Numbered from the stretch's first letter, positions 1 to 13,309 are shown. The stretch: DNA of 63,878 bases from Paraspadella gotoi (GCA_051294375.1 CM119266.1:15213623-15277500); one strand, 5' to 3'. The notes: generated by a model not told the origin, from the sequence alone. A program made the numbers and translations.

Positions 1-2810
1 TTAAAACTTCCATTTTTCGGAAGAGGAGGAGAGAATTCTCCGATGAACTCCGTCTTTGGATTGAATCCAATGACACCGATAAAATATCCACTGCCCTCCC
101 TCCCCTCTCCCTCATCCGCGCCCTTCGCTCGAGACTCACGCGGCTCCTTACCTCGTCGTCTCCGTCTCTCGATCATCTCGCGTCACCCTCCCCNNNNNNN
201 NNNNNNNNNNNNNNNNNNNNNNNNNNNNNNNNNNNNNNNNNNNNNNNNNNNNNNNNNNNNNNNNNNNNNNNNNNNNNNNNNNNNNNNNNNNNNNNNNNNN
301 NNNNNNNNNNNNNNNNNNNNNNNNNNNNNNNNNNNNNNNNNNNNNNNNNNNNNNNNNNNNNNNNNNNNNNNNNNNNNNNNNNNNNNNNNNNNNNNNNNNN
401 NNNNNNNNNNNNNNNNNNNNNNNNNNNNNNNNNNNNNNNNNNNNNNNNNNNNNNNNNNNNNNNNNNNNNNNNNNNNNNNNNNNNNNNNNNNNNNNNNNNN
501 NNNNNNNNNNNNNTCGATTTTTGTTCAGTTAAGTTACGATTCCTTTTTTTTTTGCCCGAATGTGTAACTCAACTCTGCCGCAACAAATAATTTTCAGAGT
601 GAGGGCAAAAAAAAATGGTGACTCTGAGTGAATGAGAGAGTGATTGAAAGAGTAACATAAAGAGTGAGTCAAAGAGAGTAAGTCAGCATTCTAACCTATT
701 TACAATCTAGGGAAACAAATCCTCGAAAACGACAACTGCCGAGCAGACGATTCGGCTCATTAAAAATCTCAGTTAAAAAGTCGCGGATTCTTCGTCTCTT
801 CTTGCGAAGCTTAATTCTCTCTCTGCTGCTTCCTTTAACCCTTCTCTTCCCAATCCCACCTCGCCCCCTCACCACCTGCCTCGATTCCTCGATACCACCC
901 TCCCTACCTTCGTCCACCCATCCACCTTTCCACCCTTTCTTCCACCCTCGACTTTCGTACGCTCGAGAATTTCTCTTTTTTCCCTCGCCTTCTTTCCGCG
1001 AGTCATGAATCCCAGTTAAGCTTTCCATTCGTCGTAGAGGCTCTCTCTCTCNNNNNNNNNNNNNNNNNNNNNNNNNNNNNNNNNNNNNNNNNNNNNNNNN
1101 NNNNNNNNNNNNNNNNNNNNNNNNNNNNNNNNNNNNNNNNNNNNNNNNNNNNNNNNNNNNNNNNNNNNNNNNNNNNNNNNNNNNNNNNNNNNNNNNNNNN
1201 NNNNNNNNNNNNNNNNNNNNNNNNNNNNNNNNNNNNNNNNNNNNNNNNNNNNNNNNNNNNNNNNNNNNNNNNNNNNNNNNNNNNNNNNNNNNNNNNNNNN
1301 NNNNNNNNNNNNNNNNNNNNNNNNNNNNNNNNNNNNNNNNNNNNNNNNNNNNNNNNNNNNNNNNNNNNGAGAGAGAGAGAGAGATAGGAATCGTACACGT
1401 CTTTATTTTATGGTGTTCTCTTCTTTTCGTATTCCCGTTTTGCCGAGCATAAACAGAACGAGGCGCTCGGCGGGCGATTCCCGTTTATGCCGTTTTTTAT
1501 GATTAAATATATTTTTATTTATATTAGTAAACCTAACGATAAAGTAAACATGCATATTCTTGCTTCTCACTGCTTTGTATTGGCTCCTTAGACTTTTCTC
1601 TTTCACCTCCCACGCCGATTATTGTTCCCGCCCCTCAGCCTTTTCAAAACGGTCACGCCCTTTCCCCAGCCTCCGAACCTTTCCTTCTCGCCAACCCCGA
1701 AAACGAGCGGTCACTATTTTCCAGAGACGACGCGTACGGAACGCGTGGAGGTCACGCGGCGCCGGCGGCGCCAAAGGCCGGCGTCACAACCATCTCGATA
1801 GGGTCAGCGACCATCGGGGAAACATCTCGCCCATGGGCGTCTACGATGACGACAACGACGACCGCGAGGGGGCACAATAAAAATAAAGAGAAATAAAGAC
1901 AGACAGAGAGAGAGAGTGTTAGGGGATCGAAAAAAGAGGCGGGCGGGCGGCGAGGAGGCGGAGGCGGCGGCGTGAAGGGTCAACTCGGAAGATCAGGGGT
2001 CCGCGACTTCGCCCCTTTGATTATGGGGCGAAACTGCCCCTTATTTTTTTGCGATGGACTCGTTTCCTCCCTCAGCTTTTTTANNNNNNNNNNNNNNNNN
2101 NNNNNNNNNNNNNNNNNNNNNNNNNNNNNNNNNNNNNNNNNNNNNNNNNNNNNNNNNNNNNNNNNNNNNNNNNNNNNNNNNNNNNNNNNNNNNNNNNNNN
2201 NNNNNNNNNNNNNNNNNNNNNNNNNNNNNNNNNNNNNNNNNNNNNNNNNNNNNNNNNNNNNNNNNNNNNNNNNNNNNNNNNNNNNNNNNNNNNNNNNNNN
2301 NNNNNNNNNNNNNNNNTGGTTGTCGGGGAGGGAAGGCCTCGTGTCCATCGCCCGGGCTGGAAAATCTTTGACCCCTCGGGATCTCGAATTTGGCCTTTCG
2401 CTTTTAACGCGATTGTCGTCGCATCAAATTCGCGCGCAGTTCAGACTTTTTTCTTTTCTTTCTCTTTTTTTTTCATTTTTTTCCTTTATTTTTATTTTAT
2501 TCTTCGCGCTTCTCGCGATTTATGATGATCTAGAGAGAAGAGCCCCTCATATATATATACGCAACTCCCCCCAATGGTACCCCATAACTTTTTCTTCATA
2601 CTCTAAAAATCCGAAGAGATCTAATTGCGATACTTCTCTTTGCTCATTTTGACCCAGATTCTTTGTTTCTAATTCTATTTTTCTGTTCAAATAACTTAAA
2701 TATCTTCGGATTTAACATTGTTTATATTTCAACTTTTTCAACTTCGGCTGCCTCTACCATTCCTCTTCCTCTCCTCCTCCCTTCTACTTGCCTCCTCCTC
2801 CTCCTCCTCC
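1..2810. repeat. Left arm of a large imperfect inverted duplication (partner 3660-6270); may extend left of the window
   Basis: Positions 1-100 (ttaaaacttc...ttgaatccaatgacaccgataaaatatccactg) are the reverse complement of ~6175-6270. Positions 2761-2810 pair with 3661-3715. The arms are colinear throughout, with frequent 1-nt indels. Confidence 0.95.
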
Positions 2811-2835
2811 NNNNNNNNNNNNNNNNNNNNNNNNN
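2811..2835. other. Assembly gap of exactly 25 N (same length at 11358-11382, 20471-20495, 43019-43043, 46121-46145, 53294-53318)
   Basis: Counted directly; six gaps share the identical 25-N length. Confidence 0.95.
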
Positions 2836-2848
2836 GAGAGAGAGAGAG

Positions 2849-2898
<50 letters not shown>

Positions 2899-3136
2899 GC
2901 GGTGGCAGGGGGAAAGGTCTGGGTCCTCTCCCCCTTCGCCACACCAGATTCCTTTTTTTCCCCAGCGCCCCTCACTTTTCCGGGTCGCCACGGGTTGAGG
3001 AGTGAAGGAATGAACCGAAGCTGGCGAAAACAAATCCCGTTAATGAGGAAAAATGGCGACAGAACACAAAAGGGATTTCGATATAAATCGGCAAACAAGT
3101 TTTTTTTTTTTTCGTGAGGGGTAAAGAGGGAGGGAG

Positions 3137-3197
<61 letters not shown>

Positions 3198-3659
3198 GAG
3201 AGAGAGAGAGAGAGAGAGAGCAAAGAAGATGGTTTTCACCGTCAAAGAACAACTTATAAGGGAGAGTTACTTGGCATCGTCGTCGTTGTAAAACAAATGG
3301 TTGGCATATAATTCGCGCGTCAGTGAGGTAAAGTTGAGAATTAAAATAATGATTAGAGCGAACTACAGAAAGCCTCATCATCACATCGCTGACTTTTGCG
3401 GAGAGAAAAGAGATAAGAGTGAGAGAGAGACGAGAGAGAGAGAGAAAAAGAGAGAGAGTGAGAGAGAGAGAGAGAGAGAAGAGAGAGAAACCAGAGAGAG
3501 AGTGAGAGAGAGGAGAGAGAGAAGAGAGAGGAGAGAGAGAGAGGAGAGAGAGAGAGAGGAGGAGAGCAAAAAAGAGGGAAAAGGCGATGGAGGAGGAGCA
3601 TACACGGCATAAGAGCATCAGGGTTCAACCGAGGGACAAATACCAGGGTCAACGGGAGA

Positions 3660-5045
3660 AGGAGGAGGAGGAGGAGGAGGAGGCAAGTAGAAGGGAGGAG
3701 AGAGGAAGAAGGAATGGTAGAGGCAGCGATATTGAAAAAGTTGAAATATAAAACAATGTTAAATTCCGAAGTATTTAAGTTATTTGAAAAGAAAAATAGA
3801 ATTAGAACAAAGAATCTGGTCAAAATGAGCAAAAGAGCAGTATCGCAATTAGATCTCTTCGGATTTTTAGAAGTATGAAGAAAAAGTTATGGGTACCAAA
3901 TTGGGGGGAGTTGCGTATCATATAATATGAGGGGCTCTTCTCTTAGATTCAATCATAAGATCGCGAGAAAGCGCGACGAATAAAACTAAAATAAAAGGAA
4001 GAAAATGAAAAAAAAAGGAAAGAAGAAAAAGTCTGAACTGCGCGCGAATTTGATGCGACGACAATCGCGTTAAAAGCGAAAGGCAAATTCGAGATCCCGA
4101 GGGGTCAAGAGTTTCCAAGCCCGGGCGATGACACGAGGCCTTCCCTCCCCGACAACCAGCCCCCACTATCGACCCCCAGGCGATAGACCTGAACCCCCGC
4201 CCCCCCTAAATCGTGTAAAGAGATAGACATAAATCGTCCGCGCCCACCGGACCGTTCCCTCCCCCACTCCCTCCCTCGCCCGTTCTCTCTTCGCCAACGA
4301 TTATAAAAAATATAAAAAAGCTGAGGGAGGAACGAGTAACATCGCAAAAAAATAAGGGGCAGTTTCGCCCATAATTCAAAGGGGCGAAGTCGCAGGACCT
4401 CCCTGAATCTCCGAGTTACGCCTTCAACGCCGCCAGACTCAGCTCCTCGTGCCGCCCGCCGCTCTTTTTTTCGATCCGCCTAACAACTCTTTCTCTCTCT
4501 GTCTGTCTTTATTTCTCTTTATTTTTATTGTGCCCCCTCGCGTCGTCGTTGTCTCATGCGTAGACGCCCATGGCGAGATGTTTCCCCGATGGTCCGCTGA
4601 CCCTATCGAGATGGTTTGTGACGCCGGCCTTTGGCGCCGCCGGCGCCGCGTGACCTCCACGCGTTCCGTAACGCGTCGTCTCTGGAAAAATAGTGACCGC
4701 TCGTTTTCGGGTTGGCGGAAGGAAAGGTTCGGAGGCTGGGGAAGGGCGTGACCGTTTTGAAAAGGCTGAGGGCGGGAACAATCATCGGCGTGGGAGGTGA
4801 AAGAGAAAGTCTAAGGAGCCAATACAAAGCAGTGAGAAGCAGAATATGCATTTGTTTACTTTATCGTTGGTTTACTAATATCAAATAAAATATATTTAAT
4901 CATAAAACCGGCATAAACGGGATTCGCCCGCCGAGCGCCTCGTTCTGTTTATGCTCCGGCAAAACGGGAATAACGAAAAGAATGAGACACCATAAAATAA
5001 AGACGTGACGATTCCCTTCTCTCTCTCTTCTCTCTTCTCTCTCTC

Positions 5046-5103
<58 letters not shown>

Positions 5104-5244
5104 GCTTTTCTTTTTCGTCAAGGTTTCTATCCGCTTTTTTTCTAATCACCTAGCATCTCCTCTCTCGCTCTCTCTCGTTCTCGAGTATATATGGATAAAT
5201 TTGTTAGCAAACAGAAAACGTATACGTCGACGTCGTGGCGATTC

Positions 5245-5313
<69 letters not shown>

Positions 5314-6270
5314 GAGAGAGAGAGCCTCTTACGACGAATGGAAGCTTAACGTGGATTCATGACTGCGGAAAGAAGGCGAGGGAAAAAAGAGAAATTCTCG
5401 AGCGTACGAAAGTCGAGGGTGGAAGAAAGGGTGGAAAGGTGGATGGGTGGACAAGGTAGGAGGTGGTATCGAGGAATCGAGGCAGGTGGTGAGGGGGCGA
5501 GGTGGGATTCGGAAAGAGAAGGGTTAAAGGAAGCAGCAGAGAGAGATTAAGCTCGAAGAAGAGACGAAGAAATCGCGACTTTTAACTTGAGATTTTTAAG
5601 AGCCGAATCGTCCTGCTCGGACAGTTTGTCGTTTGAGGATTTGTTTCCCTAGATTGTAAATAGTAGAATGCTGACTTACTATCTCTTTGACTCACTCTTT
5701 ATGTTACTCTTTCAATCACTACCTCTCTCATTCACTCCAGCAGTCACCATTTTTTTTTTGCCCTCACTCTGAAAATTATTTGTTGGGCGGCAAGAGTTGA
5801 GTTACACATTCGGGCAAAAAAAAAAGGAATCGTAACTTAACTGAAAAATCGAGAGCTTACAGGAAAAAAATAAGGAAAGGAGAGAAAGAAGAAAGATAGA
5901 AAGAAAATTTATAGAAAGAAAAGAGAAGAAAGAAAGTCGGGGGCGAAACGGAATCGCAAGGACGAAAATCCGCGGAACGATTTACGAATGAGTGGAAAAA
6001 GTTTGGGCGACGACGTCGCGATTTATTGGGCCGAGTGGGTGTGGCCAGGGGCGAAGGGGTGGCGGTGGCGTAGGGGAGGGTGACGCGAGATTGATCGAGA
6101 GACGGAGAGACGGACGAGGTAAGGAGCCGACGTGAGTCTCGAGCGAAGGGCGCGGATGAGGGAGAAGGGAGGGAGGGCAGTGGATATTTTATCGGTGCAT
6201 TGGATTCAATCCAAAGACGGGTTCATATCGGAGATTCTCTCCTCCTCTTCGAAAAATCGGAGTTTTTAAG
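3660..6270. repeat. Right arm of the inverted duplication (gap-free copy)
   Basis: Reverse complement of 1-2810. Contains real sequence where the left arm has N gaps at 194-513, 1052-1368 and 2084-2316. Confidence 0.95.
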
Positions 6271-6303
6271 GACGTTTGAGAGAAGAGAGAGAGAGCGAGA
6301 GAG

Positions 6304-6342
<39 letters not shown>

Positions 6343-6563
6343 CAGAGAGAGAGAGAGAGAGAGAGAGAGAGTCCCGCACCCTCTCGCTCCCACTCCTTCC
6401 GAAGCGCGGGATTTAATTGAAGCCGGGAAACAGCAGTTAACAGTTGAACGGAGGAGAAATTCGGGAGAGCGATCCCACTTTAATTGAGAGAACATTTTCC
6501 CGAAGCGCCCTCTCTTGAAATTAAACATTCTGAGAACGAGATCCCCATTTAGGGGAGACGGGA

Positions 6564-6616
<53 letters not shown>

Positions 6617-7262
6617 AGAGAGAGAGAGAGCGAAGGACTTCGTCGCGGAGAGAGAGTTTGGATGAAGATAATTTTCTCTTTCCTCTTTTCCCTCGTCTTT
6701 TCCTTTTCTTTCTCCATCCAAATTTTCAACTCTCTTTTTCTCGTAATATCTTTATCGCTTTGAATTTCACTTCAACGGTTCTACTGACGCGAAAATTAAA
6801 AAAAAACCGATTTCTTAATGAACGAGGAAAAAAAACTCATTTGCTTTTCGGTTATTGAGCGAATTCTTGTATCTCTTTGTCTCCATTTTTCTCTCCCACT
6901 TTCTCTCTTTCTATTTTTTCTGTTTCCGCATTAATCAACACAACGCGAGGACGCTCCTCTCTTTTTCTCTCTCTCCAATGAAGAAAAGAAAAAAATGGAA
7001 ATGAAAATCTGGGCTTCTGATTCACTCCGCGTATTCATCCCAGCGACTCGGTAACACACTCCCGGCCTGACCCGACGCGGGTTCTAAACCTTACCGAGTA
7101 AACTGCGCCAAAGTCTCCCCTTATTAACCGCCTCTCAACGCCCCCTCTCCCTCCGAACTTTCTGATTACCTCCGACGGTACTTTAAGCTTCGTTTGAGAA
7201 TTAAGCAAAAACCATTAGGCCTCCCTTACCAGGAGGTGGAATGAAATTTTTTCTTTACTTAT

Positions 7263-7361
<99 letters not shown>

Positions 7362-9413
7362 GGACTCCGGGATACCTTTCCAAAGCTAATTTTATGTAAT
7401 AATCTTAAGAACCGACGATATTTAATTTGCTTCATTTGTGTCGCCGTCGTTCGTCATCGTGAGCTTCCACCCAAACTTTTCCGATCGTTCCCTTTTCTTT
7501 CCGATGATTCCGAAGAAAAAGGGACGAAACATGCGTCGAAATTCTTTCTACCCTAATATTCGCCCCTCAGAATTGCTTTTTTTCTTCTTCTTATTTCTTT
7601 TGTTCCTTGATTTCTTCTTTTTTTTCGCTCTCTTCTTCTCACTCTTTCTTTTTCTCGCCATTTTATGGGGAAATTATGCAGTTTTTTTGCGGTGACGAAA
7701 TGTTTCGACGATTCTCGACCTTTTTCTTCTTCCGGAGTTGCCACCGAAAAATTCCGTCTTCGCTTTATTGCTTTTCATTTCCTACCGATGCTTTTTTTTT
7801 TTTGGTTACCGTCGTTTTGTAAAGCACCCACGACCCGAATCAACCTCGAACCTAAATTCCTTCAGTTTTTGTCAATTATAATTAGGCCTTGTTTTAATAA
7901 ATTATATTTTGGATTTTATGTTAAATGTTCCGAGTTACTTTTTAGATTACTTTTTTACTCATTTCTATCACGTTTTTTAGTTTTTTAAATTTACCAGAGC
8001 TTACATAACTTACCTAACAAGCATTCAAAATATATCCATTTAAAAAATAGCGTTGCCATTGTGGCCGTCGTCGTCATCGTCGTCGTCGTCGTCGTCGTCA
8101 TCATTCCCTTCATTGACGTTATCGTCATAAAAAGGCATAAAATGTCACCTTAGTCGTACTTGATCTTTTAGTTTCTTTTCCTTGCGTAATTGAATGTATT
8201 GCAAATGCACTAAATGTATTCCTAATTATTTCGTAGTCTGATGATTTCATTTTGTTCTGTCAAAACTCGAAGCAATGAACGCCAGAATAGCTGCCCTGAA
8301 AAATGAGATACGAGATATTCTAAGTAACAACACTGGCGCCAGTGAATAGAGNNNNNNNNNNNNNNNNNNNNNNNNNNNNNNNNNNNNNNNNNNNNNNNNN
8401 NNNNNNNNNNNNNNNNNNNNNNNNNNNNNNNNNNNNNNNNNNNNNNNNNNNNNNNNNNNNNNNNNNNNNNNNNNNNNNNNNNNNNNNNNNNNNNNNNNNN
8501 NNNNNNNNNNNNNNNNNNNNNNNNNNNNNNNNNNNNNNNNNNNNNNNNNNNNNNNNNNNNNNNNNNNNNNNNNNNNNNNNNNNNNNNNNNNNNNNNNNNN
8601 NNNNNNNNNNNNNNNNNNNNNNNNNNNNNNNNNNNNNNNNNNNNNNNNNNNNNNNNNNNNNNNNNNNNNNNNNNNNNNNNNNNNNNNNNNNNNNNNNNNN
8701 NNNNNNNNNNNNNNNNNNNNNNNNNGAGAGAGACGAAGGAGGAGCAGGAGAGAGAAGCCAGCAGAAGGAGCGGACACAGGCCAAGGACAGATGGAGGGTA
8801 TAAGAGAGAGAGCGAGGGAGAGAGCAGGGTGAATGACAGCGAAGATAAGAGATCCAGCAAGGACTAGGGGAAGAGAGATAGAGCAAGAGGACATGAGATG
8901 AGACGAGAAAAAAAAGAGAAACCAGAGTTGCTGTGAGAGAAAGAGTGGGGGGAAATAGGGCGGTAGGGAGAGAAAAGAAAGGAAAAAAAGGTTTGATGTA
9001 TTTCGATGCCGAAGCCTCGCTTCCGCGGAAATGATGGATTGTTTTGATAACGGAATTCGTAAAGAGAAGGAAGAAATGAAAAGAAAAGAAGAAAAAAAAA
9101 AGGAAAAAAAGGAAATAGGAAATCGTGAGATGTAAAAAAAAAATATTCTCCGTCGCTTTATCCTCTCCATCGGCTCAGCTTTGATTTAACTCGTTTTTAC
9201 CGATTCGATTGTACAACTTTTCTTTATCAGTCAAAACTTCTCCTCTCGATTTCTTTCTCCCATTCCCTCCCACCTCCTTCCTTTCCTTCCTCCACTATTT
9301 CTTTTCCTTTTTTTTTCTTTCCCCTTCTTTCCTTTCAGATTGCTCGTCGCTGAGGAGACGTTATTTTGTCAGTTGCTCACGCACGAGAGAGAAAGATTTA
9401 GTATGAGGTCATA

Positions 9414-9518
9414 ATGCAAATCAAGGAAGAGCGGAGCGACAGCGTCGGCCGCAGCGGGGAGGCAGCAGCAGCGGCCGCCGTCGTCGCCGCCGCTCCTGCT
9501 GCGCCCGAAAACGCGTAA
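9414..9518 (+). CDS. Candidate short coding segment MQIKEERSDSVGRSGEAAAAAAVVAAAPAAPENA, product unknown
   Basis: GC-rich ORF downstream of a strong acceptor (long pyrimidine tract, cctttcag|9339). Has a poly-Ala run and an IKEE SUMO-consensus motif. No homology recognised. Confidence 0.2.
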   Translation: MQIKEERSDSVGRSGEAAAAAAVVAAAPAAPENA

Positions 9519-9832
9519 CATTACATGAATTCAGACTTAAACGAATGGAAGAATGAATAACCACTTAGGAAAGGGAAGAAGAAGGGAGCGCGAGCTAAAA
9601 TGAAAAGAAGAAGACAATATTTTTTTACTTTTCTTTTCCCGAAAATACATTATAATATTTATTTCCGCGAGACAGAATTCTTTAAATTAGTTTGGAATGA
9701 GAATCGCTGCAGCGAAAGAATAATTCTAATCTCGAAACAGTTTGATTGACGCTCCCGTAATAAAACAAGCAGCTCACCGTGGCGGAAACGCTGGTCAGAA
9801 TTTCTCTCGTTATCGACGCCGCCGCCGTCGCT

Positions 9833-9932
<100 letters not shown>

Positions 9933-10232
9933 AAATGCTTTCATAGCCGCGCGTACTCCGCCGCCGCCGCACTAATAAAACCATTTGGCCGCTGCGTCGC
10001 CGCTGCTTTTGATGGCTAAGAATGACGAAGACGCGAGAAAGCAGTTCTGAAATTGCTGCTGCTGCCGAAATTGCTGGAGCTGTCGCCGCCGCCGTCGCCG
10101 CAGCTTCCGTCGTCGTTTCGTAGTGGATTCCACTCCGCCCCCTTTACTCCTTCCACCTCCCCCCTTTAAAAAAAAAGGATGAGAAGCTAAAAGCACGGTC
10201 CTGATTTAGGATCATTAAGTGGAAAGGGGATC

Positions 10233-10318
<86 letters not shown>

Positions 10319-10682
10319 CTCTCTATTTCTTATCTCACATATCTCTTATTTTTCACTTCTCTATCCTAAATTTACTACTTCACAACCTAGTTCACAGTAA
10401 ATTCATTTTTACTTTACTATTTTATTTCCCGTATTCTTTAAAAATATTTAAATTCCATTCTGTGACCCTCAAAAAATAAAAATGTCACACATCCGTAATC
10501 TCTATTATATATTCATACTCTCTCTGTTATCCTTTCGTTACGATACACAGGCCAGTTATCTCACTATCTAATTTTTTTTGTTAAGACTTATCTTAAAATT
10601 ACACGCTTACACGCCCAACCAGTTTATTCTGACATTTTAACACATTTTTCGACTTCTATGCCAGCAAATACAAAAAACAGAA

Positions 10683-10718
<36 letters not shown>

Positions 10719-10720
10719 CG

Positions 10721-10732
10721 TCTGACGTCAGA
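10721..10732. promoter_or_regulatory. CRE/ATF palindrome TCTGACGTCAGA
   Basis: Perfect TGACGTCA core inside a 12-bp palindrome; motif match only. Confidence 0.3.
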
Positions 10733-11007
10733 GCTAATTCCTGTTTACGTTACGAGAGAATTCAGTATCACGTTCATCTGTTGCTCGTCGAAGGGATGGA
10801 CGAGTGGAGCAGGTAAAGCAAGGAGGGGAGCGAAAGAAGAAATTAAAGAAAGGAGCGGGGATAGAGAGAAGAGGAGTAGGAATAAGACAAAAGTAATAAA
10901 TAAACGTTGAATAAAATAAATTCAAATCATTTGTAAAAAAAAATATATATCGTTGACTTGTTTGTGTTGATGAGGTTTGACATGCCCTTCCACTCGCTCT
11001 CCTTCCC

Positions 11008-11059
<52 letters not shown>

Positions 11060-11517
11060 CCTCTTCCGGAGCTTTCTTATCATTCCAACCTGGGCTAAGA
11101 AAATCATTTCAATAAAGCTAATTTTGAAAAGGTGCAAATAATAGCAAAAAGTTTTGACTAAATGGATGGTACATCTAAGCATATTTATTAAACTAAAAAG
11201 ACAAAAATTACATTTGAAAAAATATATGGAAAATATAACATTAAAAAAGAACGTGCTGCTGAGAGAAAGGAAGAAAAACTGCTGTGATCTGAAATGGACG
11301 TAATGTGGGTGGACCGGTGCCAATGGAAAATGGCAATGGGTGAAAACTACTCTATCCNNNNNNNNNNNNNNNNNNNNNNNNNTCATTCTCCACCGCACTC
11401 TATCTAATCGGCAACAAAAAAGCGTTAACACCATTTCCTCGCTTATTCCGCCCAAAGAGCGCTTCCATTTTACCAAACGTCTTCCTCATTCCTGCCATTC
11501 TTCTGCTCTCCTCTCTC

Positions 11518-11599
<82 letters not shown>

Positions 11600-11628
11600 C
11601 GTCTTCTTTATTCTCTTTTCACTCCGCT

Positions 11629-12009
11629 TTTTCTCACCTCTGTCCGTGATTCTCAATTCCCCAGAAATTCCTTTGGCTTTTTTATGCATTACTTGAACAG
11701 ACTGTACTTTCAAAGTTGACACTTTGCCTCCGCCAACCCCGTGATAAATGAAATATTTTCCCGAGGAGTTGCATTTTAACCTCTCTCTCTCTCTATTCTT
11801 TCTCCCCTCCCTCTCTCCTCTCCCACTCTCTCTTGCTTTTTCGTTTCTCCTGCTTATTCCTTCCGGTGTTTCTTACTCTGTGAAAACCCAGAAATTTTTT
11901 TCTCGCTTTATTATGGTTGTAAAAAGATCCAGCCTTCAGGCGGGGAACGGAAGAAGATAAAGAGAGAGAAAAAAGAGATGAGAGAGAGATAGAGAGAGAG
12001 AGAGAGATA

Positions 12010-12049
<40 letters not shown>

Positions 12050-13290
12050 GAAGAAGAATTTTTTTTAGAAAAAGAGAGAGCGAACTTCCGCTCCGTTTGA
12101 TTAGCATTAAATCCTTTGACGTCCGCCGAGCTTAATTCAAACATGGATGATGAGTCCCTTGCATTCGGTTTTGTGTGAGATGGGTAAAGTTCACGACTTC
12201 GCCTTGCGGCTGAGCCTCGAGAAAAAAGAGAGAAGAAAAAAAAGTGGGAAGGAGGGAACAAGAAATCAAAGGTTTTTTTCATTTTTTTCTTTTATCCCGC
12301 CTAAGGAAAGACGCAGTGTATGTAAATAACTGGACTATACCATTATGCCTTGTTTATCTATTCTAATATTGACCATTCATATGTCACATCTTCGTCAGTT
12401 ATTCTGTATATTCCTATAACACGTATAGAAAATAACTCATCTCTCTCCTCTCTTTCTCTCTCTCACTCTTCCCTCTCTCCCTCTCTCCTCCTCGTTTTGG
12501 AGTTCTTTTCTCCTGCGTTCCATTATTACAAGTATATCTCTCAGATTGTTCTATCCCGTTTTCTATCGGATTTTTTTTCTTTTTTAAATTCATTATTAAC
12601 GCCGAAATACGAAGTCGACTTCATTTTAACTTTTATTCGAGCAAAAAAGAATTAAAGCGAAGAAAAAAACAACCAGATTGATGACTTTGTTTTAACCTTT
12701 TCCAAGGGAATTCGAAAGGAGACCGGGGAACGCCAACAATTCACGAGAAACGCCCCATGGCTCAACCCGATCAGTGCAGAAGAAGCCGAACCAAGCACAG
12801 ATGCCTTACCCCACACGTCGAATCGAAAATAATCTATCGCAGATGGCCCAATGCGGCCAATACGAACTTACATAATATATTGTACGTCAGACAATCAAAC
12901 TGACTATCATTTTTGCTACGGGATTAATTAATAATCTATTATTATTCTTAAAAACTGTTTTTGTTTTGCTCCACAAAAAATAATTTTTTCGCGCGGCGCG
13001 CGTTTCCTGCACGCCGCGTTTCCTTCCGACCGCCGTATTGGTTGACCAAAATCATTTTTTTCAACGTTCCACGAAAAACGCCGATGATTTTTATGTTCCG
13101 TCCAAAAGGATCGAAGCCTGCAAGGGGAACGAGAGAAATACGAGGCGAGGAGTGACAGGCGTACCGTACGACATCCCAACGCCCAAACACTGCAAGTAAA
13201 AGAACACCTTCAAATCAAGAAACTGGGTAAAGCCTGGTTACTAACTTCAAACAAATCCAAAATCTTTATAGTTTTGTTGCGGATGTCGTG
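11629..13290. repeat. Direct duplication, copy 1 (insertion-rich, noisy)
   Basis: ttttctcacctctgtccgtgattctc at 11629 recurs at ~13310. Colinear to aaatcttta...tgttgc at ~13260 versus ~14706. Confidence 0.92.
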
Positions 13291-13309
13291 GAAACGGCAG
13301 ATTGGTCGC

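Noticed and set aside
2836-3660. PacBio SMRTbell adapter at the palindrome centre
   Set aside because: GGAGGAGGA and GA runs are present, but the adapter's CAACAACAACAAC-GGAGGAGGAGG-AAAA arrangement is not.
3587-3751. ORF MEEEHTRHKSIRVQPRDKYQGQREKEEEE...
   Set aside because: Purine-rich low-complexity context, no splice support, and the frame differs between the two copies.
1-6270. Hairpin chromosome, foldback transposon or linear-plasmid terminus
   Set aside because: The arms are linked only by an N gap, divergence looks like indel noise, and there is no TSD, transposase or terminal-protein gene.
7046-7099. Hammerhead ribozyme
   Set aside because: Lacks the conserved CUGANGA and GAAA core.
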